A stretch of 36,671 nucleotides of DNA. It comes from Guillardia theta CCMP2712 (lineage: Eukaryota > Protista > Cryptophyta). Where the stretch lies: assembly GCF_000315625.1 (NCBI RefSeq), contig NW_005434653.1, positions 224,578 to 261,248 on the forward strand. The letters are read 5' to 3'. This document shows positions 30,363 to 36,671 of this stretch, piece by piece. Under the pieces are notes generated by a model that was not told the DNA's origin, did no database searches, and saw only the letters and a list, made by a program, of their open reading frames with translations. How positions within the stretch are numbered: the first letter of the stretch is position 1; every line of letters begins with the position of its first letter. The position numbers were made by a program, and so were the translations under genes.

Positions 30363-33317
30363 TCAGTCGTTAGAGGCATCGCAGGCATCGCCGCTCCTCA
30401 GCCCTATGAGGTTTCCGAAGCTGCTGGGGTTCCCCGTCATGCCCGACAGAGCCATCTTAGTCTTCTCGATGTTCTTGCTGCCATGCAACACAAGTCAAGA
30501 AGAGACAGAGAGCAGCTGTCACATCAACTCCTTTGCCTCTTGTCCCCTTCACCCCTCTCTTTCCATCATCCTCGCTCACATCCTCCCCCCGACCCTCTTC
30601 CTCTTTTCAGTGCTCGCTCCTCTCTCTCCTCGTTTCTTATACACTCACACAATCCAAGGATGCTTCAGAGCCTCCTTCGCTGTGGTTCTCTTCGTGATGT
30701 CGACGCAAACCAACCCCTTTCAAGAAGTCAGAGCCCATCAGCCTCTTCCTCCTCTCCCTCCTCATCCCCCCTAGCTAATTCTCCTATCTCACCCGCACAA
30801 AGTCTTCTGCTTCAGGAGAGATCTTGACGTGATCAGGAAATTCAAAATCTCCTGCAAACATGCTTGATCAAACATGGCCCTACGCCTCATTCCCCATCAC
30901 AACACTTCGTCCTCCCAACTCCGCCCTTCCATCTTTTGCTTCCTCACCTTTCTGCACGCGGTTGATCACGTCCACATCGCTGTCGCCATCGAAAGGATAC
31001 TGACAGCATAGAAGCGTGTAGCAGATGACCCCTGTACTCCATTCAGCTCCTTTTCCCAACTCCTCTCCTTCGGCCACGAAACTGATCCATTCAAATTTGC
31101 TCAGCACTATCTACAATTCCCCACTGTCTAACTATTCCATGCATGGCACCTTCCCCAAATCCTTGTCTCTACCACATAGCCTCATGCCCTCCGATCACAG
31201 TCGATTTGTCTCAGACCTCTCCCTCAGGTCTCATACACAAGTCCTTGTCAACCTCCTCACTCTTCTCCGGCTCATGATGTTCTCTTCAAAACTCTCCGTT
31301 ACTCCCTGCTTCCTCGATACAGCATGCGCTCGTTCACGAAATCACCCCTACTCTCCTCATCCTCCTCCCTCATCTCCTCCGCTCTTACCCATTGCCCACA
31401 TGTCGCACTCAAAGCGATACCCAACCCCAGTGTTCTTTGCCCCGACCACCTGGGCCAACCGTCAGACTGTGCGGTATGTCTTTGCAAAGGATACCTCAGG
31501 AGACGCGTAATGCGGGGAGCCACAGGCAGACACGAGCGTCTCACCCTCTTTCAAGACCTAGAGAGCCAGTGTCACGCGTACAGTCACCAGCGACATCATC
31601 GGTCAGGTACCTTGGCAAAGCCGAAGTCCACGACCTTGACAAGTGGAAAGCTGCATTAAAGTAAAAATGCAAGAAAAACCACGCAAGATCGGAAAGATAG
31701 GTATGGGGTCCAACAAAAAAAAGCAGAAGGGTGACATAACAGGGCTGTGTGAAGAATGAATGAATAGCGGTCCAACCTTCCCTCTTTGTAATCGTCAACA
31801 AGGAGAACGTTCTCCAACTTGAGATCTCTATGAACAATCTTTCTATCATGGAGGTACTGCAGGTAAATGACATCAGCGTATGCTAGGCTGTGCATGATCT
31901 AAAGGGCCGTACCTTTACTGCAGAAAGCACCTGATACACGATATCGACAATGCAGCTTTCAGTGAACTGAATAACTTTCCCTTCTGCTCAAGTTGTCAGG
32001 TACGCAGAAAGGCGAGCGACGGTATGCAAAAGATACCTGGTGAGACCCAATTTCTCACTCCATCAGCTTCAAACTCAATACCCTCCAGGAGGCTGAACAA
32101 TTCTCCTCCAAAGCATCTCTCTGTTACCATCCGACAGCAGTCGGGGGTTTCGTGAACCCGAACAAGCTATGAGGGACATTAGACATCCTGGAGAAGAAGT
32201 GCAGACTAGCACACCTTCACAATGTTCGGATGATCGATCTCTTGCAAGATTGAAACCTCCCTCTTCAATCGCTTGACAAAGATCGGATTGTCGTGCGGGA
32301 TCCTCACAATCTTCACTGCTAGAATCTGCCAGGATCTTCAGACCTGAAACCTCTCACAATGAACATCCCCGACCTGTCCTGACGTCAAATTCTTTGCCGC
32401 ATGCACGACACTGAACGATCCAACCCCAAGTACATCGCCAAGCTCGCCAAGCTGTACCCAACCACAGTGAGGGAACCAGGAAGGTGTTGAGCAGAAAGCT
32501 TAACCTCAGAGAGCCAATCATCAGACTTCGACTGCTGTGGATTTGCCTCATGACCCGTTCGCAACTTCAAATCCTCCGCGTTCTGTTGTGTGACATCCAC
32601 GGTGGAGACTTCACGGGAAATCGGCACGCCAGCCCTGGTCCTCCTGGAGGAGACAGGGGCGACAGGGGGAGCTTGAGTCACGTCAACGTGCGAGACTTCC
32701 CTTGCAGGCATCCTCTTCGAATGAGTAGGAGGAGTGGCTGACGAACAGTGTCAAGACATGCTGGGTACCTTCAGCGCTGACGTACCTGCATGGATCGAAG
32801 TCGAGACAGCATCTCCGCAGACCAAAGGGATCATCAGGACGAGAAACACGCTGGCTGAACCTTCGCAAGATCATCATCACAACCATGCAGATTGAATCCT
32901 TCAGAAGGATGGCAACTCACCAGCCAGAGAAAGTTTCCGGCTCATCCTCCTTGCTGCTTCTCAATAAGAGCTTGTTTCTGCCCGCAAGGAGACAAGGTGC
33001 CGGAACCGCAAATAAACTTGCAGCACGCTAGAAGCAGCAGGTGGAAGAACGCTCAGCACATGTTCCGGTACAAATAGCTTTCCTTTTGATCCACCATGTG
33101 TCAAAGTACTGCATCGATCTCCTCGTTTCGATCAATACCTGAAGAGCTGGCCGACAGTCACTTTGCAGGAGCCAAGCGCATGAACCTAGGAGAAGAGAAG
33201 GTTAGGTTTCAACTCAGAGGCATTTGTAACTGATTCTCTAATCGGAGAACATGAGCAAGGTCAACCATGCAGCCCGAAGGCGTACGAGTGAAAGACAGCC
33301 CCCAATCCTTTCGACAT
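30363..33317 (-). CDS. CAMK-group Ser/Thr protein kinase, multi-exon; exons 5' of about 32740 uncertain
   Basis: Kinase subdomains appear in order on the minus strand: [143 protein letters not shown]. A short tail ends at 30363 with no EF hands seen. Confidence 0.9.
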
Positions 33318-33519
33318 TGGTAGTCCACCAAGACGCAGTAGCAATAGACAAGAAGAATGAGTGTCATGAGCTAGATGTTCGTATGATGATCAAACAAGAC
33401 TCTGCGACATTTCATCTTCTTCGTCTTCATCTTATCCTTCATTTTCGTCCTCTACTCGCCATCTTTTCCACGCTTGCGCGTGCATCCCGCTCCCGCCCTC
33501 CGGTAGTAGCCTCCAACTC

Positions 33520-34480
33520 CAAACCACCCACCCCCGGATTTTTGGACCCTACCCTAACAGGCAATCTGAGACACCGTATCACAAATTAGCTATGATCTAC
33601 CCCCTGATATACTAGCAAAGTACCCTGATGAAATGAAGGAGATTGACCACCCTACCAAACTGATCATATACCCTACCCCGTTCCCACTACACCGACATCG
33701 TGTTCAACTACTACTACCTTTTGTGCTCGGGAACCCACCCCTGACTCCTTAGTCTACCACCCACCCCCCAAATCATTCCGCCTCTTATCATTCCAGGGTT
33801 CAACCAAAAAAACACTTTAATGTCTACCCCTCAAACCCCTTTATAAACACTCTAAAGAACCGGTGGTTTATGTATCACCCCCTGCAATTGAAAAATCCAA
33901 TACAGCTACCCCTGGTAAAGTCCGAGACTACCCCATTTTCGCACCCTCCACCCTTTGTCGAGTGCCCCCCTCTTACTGACATTGAGATTTTCAAACAATC
34001 ATCTAAAATTGGACCACCCTACCTGTGCAATTGATCTTAATATAACTTCAAAATTAGGGATATGTGAAACATTTTTCCTAATGCTGAAATAATTGGTGAC
34101 ATGCCTGAGGTGCCACACAGCTAGTGAGATTTGACTCAAGTGCTCCCAGATTTCAGGAAATTGATGTTTGTGTAATTTTGAAAAATAATCAACATATTTC
34201 AAATAATTTTGAATATTCGGCTAGGGAGACAGGCCCAATACGGGTCTCTTGACCCACCAAGATATGGTTGGTACCCACCCTCCCCAAGAATCAACAAAGT
34301 TAGTGTTACCCCCTATTATTGTTTTGAACCCCTCAATTATATAGTAAGTACCCCTACCATACAGGTAATTTTGTTCGGTATCATTGTCATTACCCACCCA
34401 AAAGAGAGAGCACCCCTCACGGCCCCCTTCTTAAACCCTCTTCCTACGATACTTCCTAGGACCTCAGGAGTAACTAGGTC
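33520..34480. repeat. ACCC/TACCC-rich low-complexity intergenic tract with embedded AT-rich segment
   Basis: Same composition as 3740-4200, with an AT-rich segment at about 33985-34220. Confidence 0.6.
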
Positions 34481-34549
34481 GCCCCGTTCACGTTGCTGAC
34501 CACGGACATGAGCTCGCCTCAGATGTTGGTACAGGAACAGAAAAACCTT

Positions 34550-34920
34550 CCCGGCTAGTACCCCGGGTCCGAAACCGTGACGGTCCTTGTGCTGGGGGGT
34601 GGAGGGTGGTTATAAGGACCCTAAGAGAATCGGACCCCGGGCCCGGCCGGGTCCGAGCCTCCGATGGCCCGGCGCCGGGCCCGCCGGCACTGTATGCTTC
34701 AAGAGTCGTACTGATTTTTAACTTAACTTTGAGTAAACGGATACTGCCGACAGGTCACCCGGGTTGACAGGCAGGCGTACAACTGACATTGAACGTAGGG
34801 CTGACTGTGACTGCCATGGCGGGAACCAGATGGTATATAGAGACTCCTCAGAATGAGTTGTGCTACGGCCGAGCGGCAACCTGCTATGATAGCTAGTCAC
34901 TGAACAGTGACTCTCCGCCG
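34550..34920. repeat. CCGG/GTGAC palindrome-rich island
   Basis: CCCCGGGCCCGGCCGGG, AGTCACTG and CAGTGACTC words. Confidence 0.5.
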
Positions 34921-35221
34921 GAATGACATATGTTGATGAGTGGCAGTGTGAAGGCATTATGATCATGGATGAAGACTCTGTCATGATGAGAAAGATCGCA
35001 GGATAGGCTGTTGTTGCAAGGTTGAGATCGTTAGGCCCAGGTGATGAGTGCGAGGGGAATGGTTGAAGAATGAATGAATTAAGGGATTGGGTAGAAAGAG
35101 ATCCTTACAGGCTCAAAAAAAATATCCTGCCAATCCGAATAGCTTCCCTTGTGTATATTGACATTTGAATGACCCCCTGTCCTTGCCAGACAGTGCGCCA
35201 TGGTGCGATGACAGTTGATAG

Positions 35222-36508
35222 ATGAACAACAACAAAGGTGACAAGAACATGCCCCATGTTGTGCACGACAGCATGGATGAAGAAGATGAGCGGCTAATCT
35301 TGGACTTGAACGTCCCCTTCCTGACAAGATCGCGACCTGCCAGCGCGAGGGTGAATGGTGCTGCCACGAGCAGGGTCAACTACCAGACGCCGAGGAAAGG
35401 AAGGACAAGGCCAGCGTCTGCCAGGTCAGCTCAGTCTCAGTTTGAGCCGATGATTGACCCTCAAGTCCTGGCTTCAATGCTCAACAAGAACGTGAGATGA
35501 ACTTGTTGGGGTGAGGGCCGAAAGCTGAGAGTTGCTCAGAACACCTTGGACGATGCCATTCAAGGATGGGATGTGTATAGGCACTCGAACCAAAAGGTCA
35601 GGAGTCAGCAGCGGAAGAAATGGTGAGTGCGAGCACAACTTACCTCTTCCTTCCTTCGCTGACTCGCTACAGGTGGTCTATCAACAACTTCACCCCGTCC
35701 AGTCGCGATTCTGACCTTGCCTTCCAGCCCCTCCCTCGATCCGACCTGGTACGCCCGCTACCTCTGCCCTGCCCTTTCCTCCCCCTCGCTCGCTTTCCTC
35801 TGCTTGCTCTGGTGCAGGGTCGCCTGTCGGTTACACCTACATCCTTTCCCGCTCGTGCTCCGTCTCTCCTGCTGCTTTCGCCCCTCCGCCCGCCCCCTCA
35901 CTGCCGCACCCCGTTGCACTGATCACCTGCTGGACCACTTCGTGCTCACTCATCGTCCTTAGGACGAGGCAAAGAAGCAGCTCATCTTCGAGATGCCCTT
36001 CATCTCCTCCTCTCGAGACACCTTGAACAGCTCCCAGCTGCCTTCAACCGCCGCCTCCTCCTCCAAGCACACCCCTTTCTACGAGCGCTTGTATCCGATC
36101 CCATCAGGACCCAAGTTCAGGTTCTGTCTGAGCACCTGCGCTCTCTCCTTTTCTCCTCACTCTCCTCTCGCTGCTCCCGCACTGTCCTCCGTCTTTTCTG
36201 CAGCAGTTCGTTCCTCGCCTGCTGTTCCGTGGTCTCCCCAACCACCATCCTCAATGCTCCTGAATTTCTCTTTGCTTACTTCTCCTCCATTACCATCTCA
36301 CTCTCTGCCCCCGCCTCCTCCTGCACTTTCCCCATTCCGCAAGACTCATGTGCTCGCTTCAGCTCGCCATCTCGTTCGGTCTCTGCTGTGAGGAACAAGA
36401 GATCGAAGTTTCTTGCGAGGCAAAAGGCAGCTCGCCCCTCCCTCGAGCGCGCAACCAACCTGACGCAGCTCGTCATCGACTTTCCTGGGATGTTCGACAA
36501 AGAAGTTT
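35222..36508 (+). CDS. Hypothetical protein with RPASAR motifs, multi-exon, 3'-partial (continues beyond window)
   Basis: Phase-consistent exons: MNNNKGDK...RSRPASAR...RTRPASAR...MLNKN | NTLDDAIQGWDVYRHSNQKVRSQQRKKW | WSINNFTPSSRDSDLAFQPLPRSDL | DEAKKQLIFEMPF...FYERLYPIPSGPKF | SPSRSVSAVRNKRSKFLARQ...FDKEV then gtgagt. The start codon is tentative. Confidence 0.65.
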
Positions 36509-36671
36509 GTGAGTGCACTAAGACGGTCAACCAGCTCCTCCCTCCTCCCTCCTCCCTCCTCCCTCCTCCCTCCTTACTATCATCTCCTCGTTCATTATCA
36601 ACGTCACTCTTCTTCCTCCTCCTCCTCCTCCTCCTCCTCCTCCTCCTCCTTCCCTATCACCTCTCACTTAT

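Noticed and set aside
30156-30827. 223-aa plus-strand ORF
   Set aside because: It is antisense to the kinase 3' exons and introns, with no recognisable motifs.
22416-33317. Functional calcium-signalling cluster (CG-1 factor near a CAMK-group kinase)
   Set aside because: Neither gene shows a Ca/calmodulin module here, and adjacency in a eukaryotic genome is weak evidence.
1-36671. CRISPR arrays, tRNA/rRNA genes, prokaryotic operons
   Set aside because: No regularly spaced repeat-spacer array or recognisable structural RNA was seen by eye, and the sequence is spliceosomal-intron eukaryotic DNA.

Overview
Gene-dense, intron-rich eukaryotic nuclear DNA with GT-AG introns, often filled with purine or pyrimidine microsatellites, and one 100-N assembly gap. 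The style resembles cryptophyte algal genomes (inference only). Manual splicing gives coherent models for an ankyrin-repeat protein, a ~72-aa aromatic-rich protein, a signal-peptide/laminin IV-A/coiled-coil/membrane protein, a GT77-like glycosyltransferase, a CG-1 (CAMTA-type) DNA-binding protein, a CAMK-group kinase and two hypothetical proteins. Two intronless features stand out. The first is an intact 667-aa piggyBac-derived ORF (8988-10991) that keeps its C-terminal Cys-rich domain but has lost two of three catalytic aspartates and shows no TIR/TTAA ends, making it a candidate domesticated, inactive transposase. The second is a cluster just upstream of three near-identical ~99-aa orphan genes in +/-/+ orientation. 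Intergenic regions at gene 5' ends repeatedly carry CCGG/GTGAC-rich palindromic islands and ACCC-rich tracts. Exon boundaries were read by eye and are approximate. Most ORFs in the six-frame track are microsatellite artefacts.
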